A stretch of 64,000 nt of DNA. It comes from Octopus vulgaris (taxonomy: Eukaryota). Where the stretch lies: positions 145,576,001 to 145,640,000 of the forward strand of contig OX597816.1 of NCBI GenBank assembly GCA_951406725.2, written 5' to 3'. Shown one piece after another: positions 14,308 to 26,449 of the stretch. The first letter of the stretch is position 1, and every line of letters begins with the position of its first letter. Under the pieces are notes generated by a model. That model was given only the letters and a program-made list of their open reading frames with translations, was not told where the DNA came from and ran no database searches. Both the position numbers and the translations under genes were made by a program.

Positions 14308-14350
14308 TTGGCATGATTGGCATGGTTGCTGAAGTATAAAGACGTGTTTT
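14308..14350 (+). promoter_or_regulatory. Candidate internal Inr-DPE promoter of the LINE
   Basis: AGACG(TG) at 14340-14344 lies at +28..+32 from the A of a CA at 14313, just inside the element edge. Confidence 0.4.
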
Positions 14351-14758
14351 TACTCCTCTCCGTGCCGGTCAGCAGCAAGCTTCACAGCTACATTCGTCGT
14401 AATTGACCATCACATATATTCCTGTATATTTGAAACCACGCTTTTTCCCAACTCGTGAGTAGACTTTTCCTTAACCACAAAGTATTTTCATAATTTTCAA
14501 ACGACCAAATATTTTCAAACACCTTCTGATAACTAAAGGATCATCCACACATTAAAAATTAGAAAAAGAGGGAAAAAAAGAAAAGAAAAGAAAGATAAAA
14601 TAACTAGAAGCTCATAATTCAAATTCAAACTTCTCAGTATTACAGCAAACATTCTGTACAATCAATTCTACATACTTCTCCTTAAAAAAAATAAATAATT
14701 AAAAGTAATCAACAAAACAAACGAACAAAATAACATTTAATAAAACATATCAACCAGA

Positions 14759-16057
14759 ATGGCTAGCCACCAAAAATTCAACAAAAACTGGTCTGATAAT
14801 GAAGTCGACGTTCTTATCAACACATGGCATGGCCTTACCGAAACAAAGAGCATAGGTGCTTCGTGTCTGAACGAAATTGCTAAACGAACAGTTCACCATT
14901 TGCAAACTTGATCTGAACAGCAGATACAAAATAAATTAAAACAAATCGAAGTTGCTTTTAAATTAATAAATAAACACTTCGATAAACTGAGATGTGTTTT
15001 CTCTTCGAACGCATCACCGGCGCAGCAACAACAACAACAACCTCAACTACAACAAACTCAGCGGCAACAACAACAACAACAACAGCTACAGCAACAACAA
15101 CAACTTCAGCAGCAACAACCTCAGCGGCAACAACAACAACAACAACAACCTCAACAACAAACTCAGCGGCAACAACAACAACAACAGATACAGCAACAAC
15201 AACAACAACCTCAGCGGCAACAACAACAGGATGAACCACTCCTTGATTCATCTACAATGGCCGATTTGCTAAACGAAACGATTAACCCCCCAGTCACCAG
15301 GGTCACACAAGAGGAAGCACCACCCCTTCCTTTCACTGCCCCAGCAGCTCAATCATCATCATTGTCAACAACATCTCCTCTGCTTACTACTACTAGTACT
15401 ACTCCCACTATGTATCGACAAACATCTTTGTCTTGGAATCGACCGCCTCAATCATTACCACTGTCAACATCTCTTCTACCTACTACTACTACTACAACTA
15501 CTACTACTAATGCTATCTCAAGGAATTTACCTCCTACAGGTCACAAAGGTCGCCAAAACTTCAACAAACTATCATCTACACCTTTCACAACTCACACACA
15601 CACACGCACCTACACACCCACTCGAAACCCCATCATTTGCCGATATTCTCTTCGCCATAGACTGTGCACTGATAGAGACTGCAAATTCACCCATTTACCT
15701 GTAACAAAGCGCTCTATCCCCACAAACTACAACAGCAACCACCATAATACAACACCACCACAACCACCAATATCTCAAACAAGGAATCCCCAAATCTGCC
15801 GCTATTCCCAGCGGGACAGATTGTGTTTGCACAGGGATTGCCCCTTTACCCATCTTCCGGGGACCCGTCGGACATTTAAAGATAACCACTCACATAAGAA
15901 TAACCACAACCACAGTCACCTACAGTTCCCTAGACAGGAAACCACCTATTCTTCCTCTTTTTTAGCTATAATGAATCTAGCAAAAGAACTGGAAAAAAAC
16001 ATCCGAGCTATCACCCACCACCATCCACCACTATTACCCCACTGCACATGCCATTAA
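14759..16057 (+). pseudogene. LINE ORF1 (432 codons, one in-frame TGA at 14909): Myb/SANT-like + polyQ + S/T/P-rich linker + 2 CCCH zinc fingers
   Basis: ATG 14759 is in frame with the listed 15257 ORF. It reads MASHQKFNKNWSDNEVDVLINTW..QT*SEQQIQNKLKQI; 55 Gln in 69 codons (15023-15229); C-x8-C-x4-C-x3-H at 15638-15694 and 15797-15853. Confidence 0.85.
15023..15229 (+). repeat. (CAA/CAG)n coding repeat (polyQ in ORF1 frame)
   Basis: CAA runs punctuated by recurring CCT/ACT-CAG-CGG motifs; frame preserved. Confidence 0.95.
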
Positions 16058-19000
16058 AAAGCAATCAAATAAACAAATCACCAAAACAATTAAAACCATC
16101 CACTCTCGCCTCAACATTTCTGCTTAATGCCCAAAGGCATCAGCCCTTCCACCAATACACAAAAATGGAATATAAGATTCCTGGAGGACTGGGTCGAGGC
16201 CCATCCAAACCACATACCTTTCTTCGTCCTCACTGAAACCCATCTTAGTGACCTCCACTTGGAAGCCGAGGTGAAAGTTAAAAATTTCAAAACCATTCGT
16301 GCTGATCGTGCTGGCAGAAGAAAGGGTGGGACTGCCATTTATGTCCATGATTCATTCTCAACAGAAGCCATGAACATATTTTCCAATGGGTACTGCGAAA
16401 CAGTCGCTGTATTCAGTCAAACCAACAACTTAACAGTAGCTGGGCTCTACAGACCACCCCAAACGCCCCTACCATGCTTCAAGGAATGCCTCAACAGCAT
16501 AAAGTGTTTCATTCAGCAGTGTCAACCTGACAACATTTTAATGATGGGAGACTTCAACCTTCCCGGGGTTGACTGGTCTACAAACAGTCTGCCGCCAGGT
16601 TCTTCTCTCTCAACCCCTGACAGGGAGGCAGTGGAATCGCTTCTTGACTTCATGGATGATTTCTTCCTGTCCCAACTGGTACTCGAACCAACGAGATGTC
16701 ACAAAAACGTCTTAGACTTAATTTTCAGCAATCACATTGATACTATCCACAATATTGCAGTGGAGAAAACCCTACTCTCCGACCATGACATGGTTCTCTG
16801 TGATCTGAGATTTCACTGGCCAAAATGCAAAACAAATGTCATCCCTCCTGTTCATCCATTTGACACTATGGATTTCCACAATGCAAAGTGGGAAGCGATC
16901 AATAATGATCTTGCACAAGTCGATTGGTCCTTCACGCACACATACACACCCACTAACATCAAAAAGTCTTGGCAGTCACTTGTAGACACCATCACGAACA
17001 TATGTGCAAGACACACCCCATTAAGATCTGCAAACAAATCTAAGTGTCGAATCCCTAGAAATAGAAAATATCTCATAAGGAAAATTAAAAGAATTAACAA
17101 AATGACCAACATGCTGAAATACTGTCAACAGCAACACACCAATCTGACTGCCATCTCGTCGCTAGAGATTAAAAAACATAAACTCCAAAACAACATGATG
17201 TCTATCATCAATAGTCAGCGAAGAGCTGAAGAGGCCTGGGCCATTGAGAAGATCAAACTCAATCCCAAAGTGTTCTTTTCATTTGCAAAAAAACACAGAG
17301 TCTCTGGTTCTACTGTTGGCCCTCTGATTGATGAAAATGGTACTCTTCAAGACAATGCCAAAACCATGGGAGAGATATTGCAGAAACAATATTGCTCTGT
17401 TTTCAGCAATCCTGATATGACTGATCTGGGCTGTATCAGTGATGTTACTCCCCAATACACTTTATCGGACATAACATTTGCCGCTCCTGATGTCTTAGCA
17501 GCAATAAAGGAAATGAAGCATAATTCAGCAGTAGGTCCCGATAGGTTCCCTGCTTGTGTCTTGAAGATGTGTCAAAACCAACTTGCACCCCCTCTAGCCA
17601 ATCTGTGGCGGAACTCACTGGATGCTGGATATATACCAAAAGACTTTCTATCCCAGTCTGTTGTCCCAATTTTCAATAAAGGAAACAAATCGCTTGCCGT
17701 GAATTACCGTCCAATCTCACTCACCTCTCATATCATCAAGGTATTTGAGAGGGTGCTGAGATCGCGTATGACTCACTTCCTTGAGAGTCATAATATGCTG
17801 AACCCCAACCAGCATGGATTCCGTAATGGGAGAGATTGCCTGACGCAGCTACTGCATCATTTTGATGACATTTTGAGAGCCTTGGGAGAAGGTTCCAACA
17901 CTGATGTCATCTACCTTGATTTCAGCAAGGCCTTTGACAGGGTTGATCATAAGATCCTTCTGAGAAAACTGTCCAATATTGGTGTCACTGGAAAGCTGCT
18001 GCAGTGGATCAAGTGCTTCCTGTCTAACAGAACCCAAACATGTTGTAGTCGAAGGAGTCAAATCCAGCCCAGCCGAAGTCAGAAGTTGTGTCCCACAAGG
18101 CACTGTGTTGGGCCCACTTCTCTTCATCATCTACATAAATGATATTATTGACACCATCAAACACAGTAACATCAGAACCTTCGCTGATGATTCCAAGCTC
18201 CAGAAGGTCATCAATGGCGTGGATGACCGAATAAACCTTCAGTCAGACCTACTGGCTGTTGTCCAATGGGCGGAAAAGAATAACATGTTGCTAAATGAAG
18301 ACAAATTCGAACTGATCCACTTTGAAGGGAGGACGCTCTGAAACTCCCATACTCTCTTCCTTCTGGAGAAATTCTCATGGCATCCAACAACATCAGAGAC
18401 TTGGGAGTAACAGTGGAAAACAACATAAGCTGGGCTACACATATAAGCACCAAAGTTGACATGGCCCGCAGAATGTGTTCCTGGATTCTCAGAACCTTCC
18501 AGTCGAGATATTCCCACGCTATTATCCTTCTCTTCTCCACTTTTGCCCGACCCCACCTTGAATACTACTGTCCACTGTGGTCTCCCTACACAAAACAAAA
18601 TATTATGAGAATTGAAGCTCCCCAAAGGTCAATCACAAAAAAGATAGATGGCATGTCAGACCTTGACTACTGGGGTAGACTAGAGAAGCTGAAATTGTAT
18701 TCACTCCAACGACGCCGTGAACGCTACATTATCTGTATGATGTGGAAAATATTCCATCAGCACTGTCCGAATGATGTTGGCATCACCTTCAAAATGCATC
18801 CAAGGCTTGGACCACGTGCCATCCGTCCACAACAAAAATCTAAATCGCATCACATAACGACAATACGGCACAACTATTTCACCTCAATTGGACCCGCTCT
18901 CTTCAACATTACACCAGGACACGTCAAAAAAGAAACTGACCACACAAAATTCAAGAAGTCTTTGGACAAATTCCTTCAAACAGTACCGGACAAACCACCC

Positions 19001-19066
19001 ACACGCGGATATGTCTCCGCAAACAATAACTCTCTGCTCGAATGGGCCTTGGTGCCCAAATCCTGA
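16048..19066 (+). pseudogene. LINE ORF2: APE endonuclease + reverse transcriptase, ~1005 aa after repairing three 1-nt frameshifts
   Basis: APE motifs LNAQG, LTETHL, LYRPP, GDFN, LDLIF, SDH. RT motifs NYRPISLT, QHGFR, YLDFSKAFDRVDH, VPQGTVLGPLLF, FADD, RDLGV. C-terminal LYSLQRRRERY. Shifts at 16133-35 (+A), 18036-38 (+A) and 18324 (-G). Confidence 0.93.
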
Positions 19067-19107
19067 ACTGAAAGACTTCTCCAGGTGGTGCTATTAAGTT
19101 AGAGATG

Positions 19108-19121
19108 GGCCAATACTGGCC
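19108..19121 (+). promoter_or_regulatory. LINE 3'UTR stem-loop (candidate RT recognition site)
   Basis: GGCCA-atac-TGGCC; the sister fragment at ~12885-12898 (-) keeps the stem with a different loop (ataa). Confidence 0.6.
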
Positions 19122-19137
19122 AAAACCTTTCTAAGTT

Positions 19138-20579
<1,442 letters not shown>

Positions 20580-20645
20580 TATATATCTATCTATATCTAT
20601 CTATCTATATATATATATCATGTATATATATGTGTACGGACTGAG

Positions 20646-20706
20646 ATATTTGCCTTGCCTTAATGTTTGTTGTCCTCTGTAACAAACATTAAGGCAAGGT
20701 AAATAT
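20646..20706. repeat. 26-bp inverted repeat (1 mismatch, 9-nt spacer)
   Basis: atatttgccttgccttaatgtttgtt / aacaaacattaaggcaaggtaaatat. Confidence 0.9.
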
Positions 20707-20994
20707 ATCAAGTTATACACAATATTATTATTGAAAAATATTCAAAGTCTTACTCCGGGTCCTGATATATTCCCGAGTATGGGATATTCCGTAATCACAG
20801 ACAGATAAGGAATAAACAGAGAAAATGAGAATGGTATATATTCATGAGATGACCTAACGTATCTAATAGCTTCGATCATCTACGAACTAAACTCCCATAT
20901 TTTGTACACACATATGTATATATACATACACACACACACATATGTATACATGTATATATACGCACATATATATATATATACACATACATATATA

Positions 20995-21042
<48 letters not shown>

Positions 21043-21046
21043 TCTA

Positions 21047-21200
21047 TTAAGAGTAGCAAAAGGAATTTGAAGATTTTTCGGCAATTTTTCGCTTGCTAAG
21101 ACTAGCCTCAGATTGCCCAACAATACGACCTCTTTGAAAATCGGACAGTTCTGCTGAATTTGTTGTGTGTTGCATGGTTACAATTCGCAAATGTTTAATA
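21047..21200 (-). mobile_element. Tc1-like transposase N-terminal fragment
   Basis: ELSDFQRGRIVG..EASLSKRKIAEK resembles the Tc1 paired-like HTH start (ELSxFERGRIVG..GxSxRxIA). Confidence 0.65.
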
Positions 21201-21214
21201 TAATGGCACCTGGA

Positions 21215-22242
21215 ATGAAACTGAATAATTACATTGTAAATTTTACACCGCGGAAAACACATCAAGACGCTTAGATCAGAAATATGGAAAACTGACGCAG
21301 GCATAGAAGGCGTGATGAGGCAGAGAGTTGAGTAGGTTAAAACTCGCTATCTGGAAAGATGCGGTTGCTATGGTGAGAAGAGTGATTTTTGTATCGATTG
21401 AAGGGGGCTCTAAGCCCCTCCAGATTGGCGCGATTAGCATCTAATCTAATCTATAAAATAAAGAAGGCGAACGTTGATACAAATTGGATTTTATGTTAAT
21501 AGGGGTGTATATGGGACTGGAAGGGATTAAAATTTACTGGAGGGGTAACGTGAGGTGAGAAATTAATCGGGAGACGTTTTGGGGCGCTACAGTAGTTGCT
21601 TTGCTGTGAAAACGGGAATTTTTTTGATTTGGGGGGACACTTGGGGGTTTAGATTGGACACCTTTTGACCGATTTCAAACAAGTTTTCAATATGGTAAAG
21701 TGTAAACGGATTTGTAATTTAAGTGTGGAAAATATGTTCGAAATTTTGAAAATTAAGGCAAGATTTTTGAAGTTGAAAAAAATTCCTCATTTTTACGTAT
21801 CTTTTGCCGTTTATTTCTTATTGTTTACAGTTTCATTTTTTCTGAAAGAAATTGACAGCTGCATGTAGCCCGTGCTTAGGGCTTTCATTTGCATGGTCAA
21901 TCGTCGAAAAATTCCCAAAAATAAGTACTCAATTTAACAAAGAAATCCTTTTTTTCCTTATTTTTAATCGCTCAAATAGTGGCACGTGCAAAAGGCAAAT
22001 GTGCTTTCCGTGGTCCCTGCTTGATATTTATGATTGAACTTTCAAAATATTTTCTTTCTCAACTTACTCAAGATCCTTTGCTTTTTTTATAAATGGGAGA
22101 GAGATAAAGATATAGACTAGGAGAAAGCGAGGGAGAGTCCGAGAGAAAGGAGAGAGAAACAAAGAGGGAGAAACAGAAAGAAAGCAACAGAAAGTAACAA
22201 CCACACCCTCACCCGCGCTTAGAGCGGGTCACCTTAAACTAG
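21215..22242 (+). mobile_element. Non-autonomous Helitron-like element, copy 1 (5' limit uncertain)
   Basis: 3' hairpin acccgc-gcttaga-gcgggt followed 9 nt later by CTAG|T at 22239-22243; the last ~65 bp match the reverse complement of 44666-44732. Confidence 0.7.
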
Positions 22243-22705
22243 TATATATATATATCGTTTTTGTATGTATGAGTGTATTTTCAGTATTTGCTGTTCTTCC
22301 TCTAAAATTCTGATTGAAATGAGACATTTTCGGTTTTGCGAAGAATTTATTTGCTCTTCAATACTAAGAAATCATTATAACATAGAATTATATGTATTCT
22401 ACATGGGAGTATTTTGAGTGAATATTGTGCTTAATCTTACTTCTGTCACATTTATGAAATTTCCATTTCTGTAAAGGAATTCATTTTCTTTCTGCACATT
22501 CAAACATAATTTCAATGATTTCCAATATGCAAATTTCATAGTGCACCATGTCATTTTTATTCGATGTACTTTTAAAAAGAAGTCTCTGAGAAAATAAAAT
22601 ATCCATAAATTTTATTTCGTCGATCGCTTCACTCTTGTTTCAATTATAAAGAACAAAATAATTTAGAATTACGAAACAGAAATTTTGAACTGTTATATGT
22701 AAGCA

Positions 22706-23099
22706 TAGAGTGGCTGTGTGGTAGGTAGCTTGCTAACCAACCATATGGTTCCGGGTTCAGTCCCACTGCGTGGCATCTTGGGCAAGTGTCTTCTGCTATA
22801 GCCCCGGGCCGACCAATGCCTTGTGAGTGGATTTAGTAGATGGAAACTGAAAGAAGCCTTTCGTATATATGTATATATATGTGTGTGTGTGTGTGTTTGT
22901 GTGTCTGTGTTGGTCCCCGTAGCATTACTTGACAACCAATGCTGGTGTATTTACGTCCCCGTCACTTAGCGGTTCGGCAAAAGAGCCCGATAGAATAAGT
23001 ACTGGGCTTACAAAGAATAAGTCTCGGGGTCGATTTGCTCGACTAAAGCCGGTGCTCCAGCATGGCCGCAGTCAAATGACTGAAACAAGTAAAAGAGTA
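22706..23099 (+). mobile_element. SINE family B (tRNA-type head, CORE-like cttgggcaagt, internal TA/TG tract)
   Basis: A-box-like tggctgtgtggt and B-box-like gggttcagtccc; highly similar to 44137-44532. Confidence 0.9.
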
Positions 23100-23176
23100 T
23101 GATTTTGAAGTTATAAGCCGGGTTATTCCCAATTTTGTTCGGCAGAAGCTGCTATCAGGTACTTCGACAAAATATT

Positions 23177-23388
23177 GGTCTCTAATCTTTGCACAAGGCC
23201 AGCAATTTTGAGAAAGGAGGTAAGTCAATTTAATCGGCCCCAGTGTCCAACTGGTACTTATTTTATCGACAAGGAAAGGAAATAAAGTAACGTCAACCTC
23301 GGTGGAATTTAAACTCAGAATGTAACGACTAACGAAATGCCACTAAGCATTTCGCCCGGCGTGTTAGCGATTCAGCCAGCTCGCCGCC
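23177..23388 (-). mobile_element. SINE family A
   Basis: Reverse complement begins ggcggcgagctggctgaatcgctaacacgccgggcgaaatgc. Confidence 0.85.
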
Positions 23389-23414
23389 TTGAACTTCGAC
23401 AAAATGTTGATTAC

Positions 23415-23560
23415 AAATTTTGGCATACGCCAGCAAGTTCGTAGGATACGGAGATCGATTACATCGACCCCAGTGCTGAAATGGTCCTTATTTTATCGAC
23501 CTCGAAATTGTGCTGCTAAGAATTTTGCCGGGCTTGCTAACGATTCTGCCAGCCCGTTGT
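23415..23560 (-). mobile_element. Internally deleted SINE family A
   Basis: Head and 3' parts present (gccagc..acatcgaccccagtg..ttattttatcgacc..ctaacgattctgccagc). Confidence 0.7.
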
Positions 23561-25690
23561 CTTCAACAAAATATTAGATTCAGTATTTGATGATAAAAGC
23601 ATATTTTGAGAATGAAATCAAAATTCACTGATACTGATATTTAGCAAAACCTATCTTTGCAACCACAAAAGTTATCGAAATGATAGCGTGAGTGGACTTT
23701 AGAACATAGACACGTTACTAAATTTTGACGATAAATTGTGTATAGTAATATATTTTCATTTTAAGAAATTCTTCACTACCCAACTCTTTTTGAGTATATA
23801 CTCCATTCGTGCATCCTTCCAAAACAATATATTTGTAGCAGAGTTAAACTAAGTAGTAGTAATATAATCTCTCTTTTCTGTCATCTCTGCATGCGAAGGC
23901 AAATATTTCTAGTACCCAAGAAAGTATTTTTAACAATTATTTTTATGGACAAAATTTTAATCATAATCTTACACGAACCATATATTGGATGAGATGTGAG
24001 GAGTCCAATTTTTCAGTAAGGAATTTCTGTGAAGCACTAATTTAGGGAAATAAGTTTCGCCAGGTATTGTATGTTTACAATATCGTCTTCTCATCTCATA
24101 ACATCGGTGCATTCTTTTCAAAATTTGCTTTTAGATCGTTTTATACAAGCATAGAGCACTGGTAAGAAATAATGGAATAAAAAACACAGATGTAAACCAA
24201 TTTTATAAGAATTCCATAGTTAATTATAGGAAAACCTGCAAGTCATAAAGTTTTTCGTATGAATACCCGGTTCTCTTGTAATGGAAAGATTCCATGTTTT
24301 TAACTGACACCATTAGTAGAATTGTATTCTCATCCTACAAAAAGCGATAATCAACATATATTGTTTGGCCATAACATATAAGGACACCAACTCCACAATT
24401 GTCACTTATTTGTCAAGAAGGAACAAAAGCTTCAAATCATGATTAATAACAAAGTTTCACTCTAAAATACCCTTTCAGCTATGCATATGCTAATATATTT
24501 CCAGTGGCTCGGAATATTGAATATTTTTATCATTAGAGAAATTGCGTTGGACATCACACCTTGTTTGCAGCTTGCTCAATGACAATGTAAATGTTAGTTG
24601 ATGCCTTGTCTGTTATCTGTTTTCATGCTGTCAGTTTTTATCTACTGAACAATAATAGAGCTGTAATATTATTTTATCAAACCTGCCACGAATCTAAGCA
24701 TATATTATGTTTCTGTGAAGCAAAGGGCTAATATTTGTACACACTGTCAATAAATATGCATATATGAAAAAATATAGTTGTTGATTTACCATAGTCATCC
24801 CCGAGCAAGCAGTACTTCGATCGAATGGTGTTTTATCCGTCATATTTGTAGAGTAAATAGAATGTACCATCTTCCTAGAAAATTTGGTAGAGCAATATCT
24901 ATGGCAGAACTGGTTGTTGTTATAGCAGAAGGCACAAGAACATACAACAATTTTTATCATTGGCTCGATGTTAAAATGGTTATCAAACATATTGGTAAGG
25001 TATAACGCCTTATATATAAAAAATATTTATCAATGTATGATAATCATTCTTGCCAATTTTCCACTAAGAATTTTGCCTACATATTCTAGATATCTTCGAA
25101 AATTGAGAAAAATCGAGATTAATAATTGGACATGTAGCATAAGAAATCACCAGCATCACATCTGAATAAGTGATTTAAAATTTTAATAACTTACTCATGT
25201 CACGTTCACATGACATCTAAAAGTTTTCGCATTTCTGTCTTCTACGTTTGACCTTTCGTATTTATTACTATTACCGAAGATGCAATATAAAATGTGGGTT
25301 GTTGATTTCGTCTATATCGCATATCAGGCAATATCATATTTTAATAATCCTTCAAGAATGAAGACAGAATATTTGTTTTAGACAGACGTAAGCCGTCTCT
25401 AAGAGATTTTCTCATACAAATCCTAGATGTATATGATATTCATTAAGTGATTGTTGATTCAGCATATTAAGAAATCTAATTATAGGGTTTTGATCCTGCC
25501 CCGCAATATTAAGACCTTCAGCTTTGTAAAGCACATCATATATTGACTTCATTTCCTATTTGACGTTCGTGTGTCGTTCATTTCCCTTTTTTGTACATAT
25601 AACATTTTTCATTTCCCATTTAGTGATCGCAGCAATACTTCGTGTAATGCTATTATTATTGTTGTTGTTAATACCATTATTAAGGTGGCG

Positions 25691-25754
<64 letters not shown>

Positions 25755-25764
25755 CAGCAGCAGC

Positions 25765-25829
<65 letters not shown>

Positions 25830-25836
25830 CAGTAGC

Positions 25837-25889
<53 letters not shown>

Positions 25890-25908
25890 CAGCAGCAGCA
25901 GTAGTAGT
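25691..25908. repeat. (TAG)n/(CAG)n/(TAT)n trinucleotide array
   Basis: Direct inspection; source of the poly-V and poly-L pseudo-ORFs. Confidence 0.97.
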
Positions 25909-26449
25909 AAGCGGAGGTATTTTATGTTCATTTTATTTCCATAACAGTTAGAATATATTTAAAATGAGATGTCTTTCTTCTTTCTTTTCGGAAATTTCCA
26001 CGCCATCTTGTTTGCATATCTCTCAGGTTTTTAGCATTTTTTGTGAGATTTTCATTTGTTGTATTGATTACAATATTTGGTTGATATTAATTCAGTGACA
26101 CGAACTTTCTAGTTCTTTTCTAAAGTAAACTATATTAGAACATTCACACTCTCTGCTTATTACTGTTATCTTTTTTTTCTTGTTTCCTTATATCATTCTT
26201 ACGCTTTATTTCATTTTCCCAATTTCTTGTTACTTTCATTTGCTTTATTCCAAGTTGTAATTTAATCTCTCCCAAACATCACCCATGTTCTTTGATATTT
26301 TTTTTTTATGAAACGAGAAATTGTTCTATAATACATATAAGAAGATAAGCTTCTAATTCAGAATGATATACGTTCTCGGGGATGTTTTCTTTTCTTGGAC
26401 TAACACTCTAGAATATGATTTTACTTTACATGGTTAATTTCATCAGAAT

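Larger units (their letters stand above)
14308..19137 (+). mobile_element. Full-length CR1-group (Jockey superfamily) APE-RT LINE inserted in (TA)n
   Basis: ~450-bp 5'UTR, ORF1, overlapping ORF2 with APE and RT, ~70-bp 3'UTR with stem-loop. Both flanks are TA microsatellite, so no TSD can be resolved. Confidence 0.93.

Noticed and set aside
14958-15272. Poly-T, poly-N and poly-V ORFs in the track
   Set aside because: Alternative frames of the CAA tract; the polyQ frame is the one continuous with ORF1.
16852-18625. Several antisense ORFs within ORF2
   Set aside because: Shadow ORFs of the RT coding sequence with no independent motifs.
25571-25951. Hydrophobic poly-V / poly-L ORFs
   Set aside because: Translation of (TAG)n/(TAT)n repeats.
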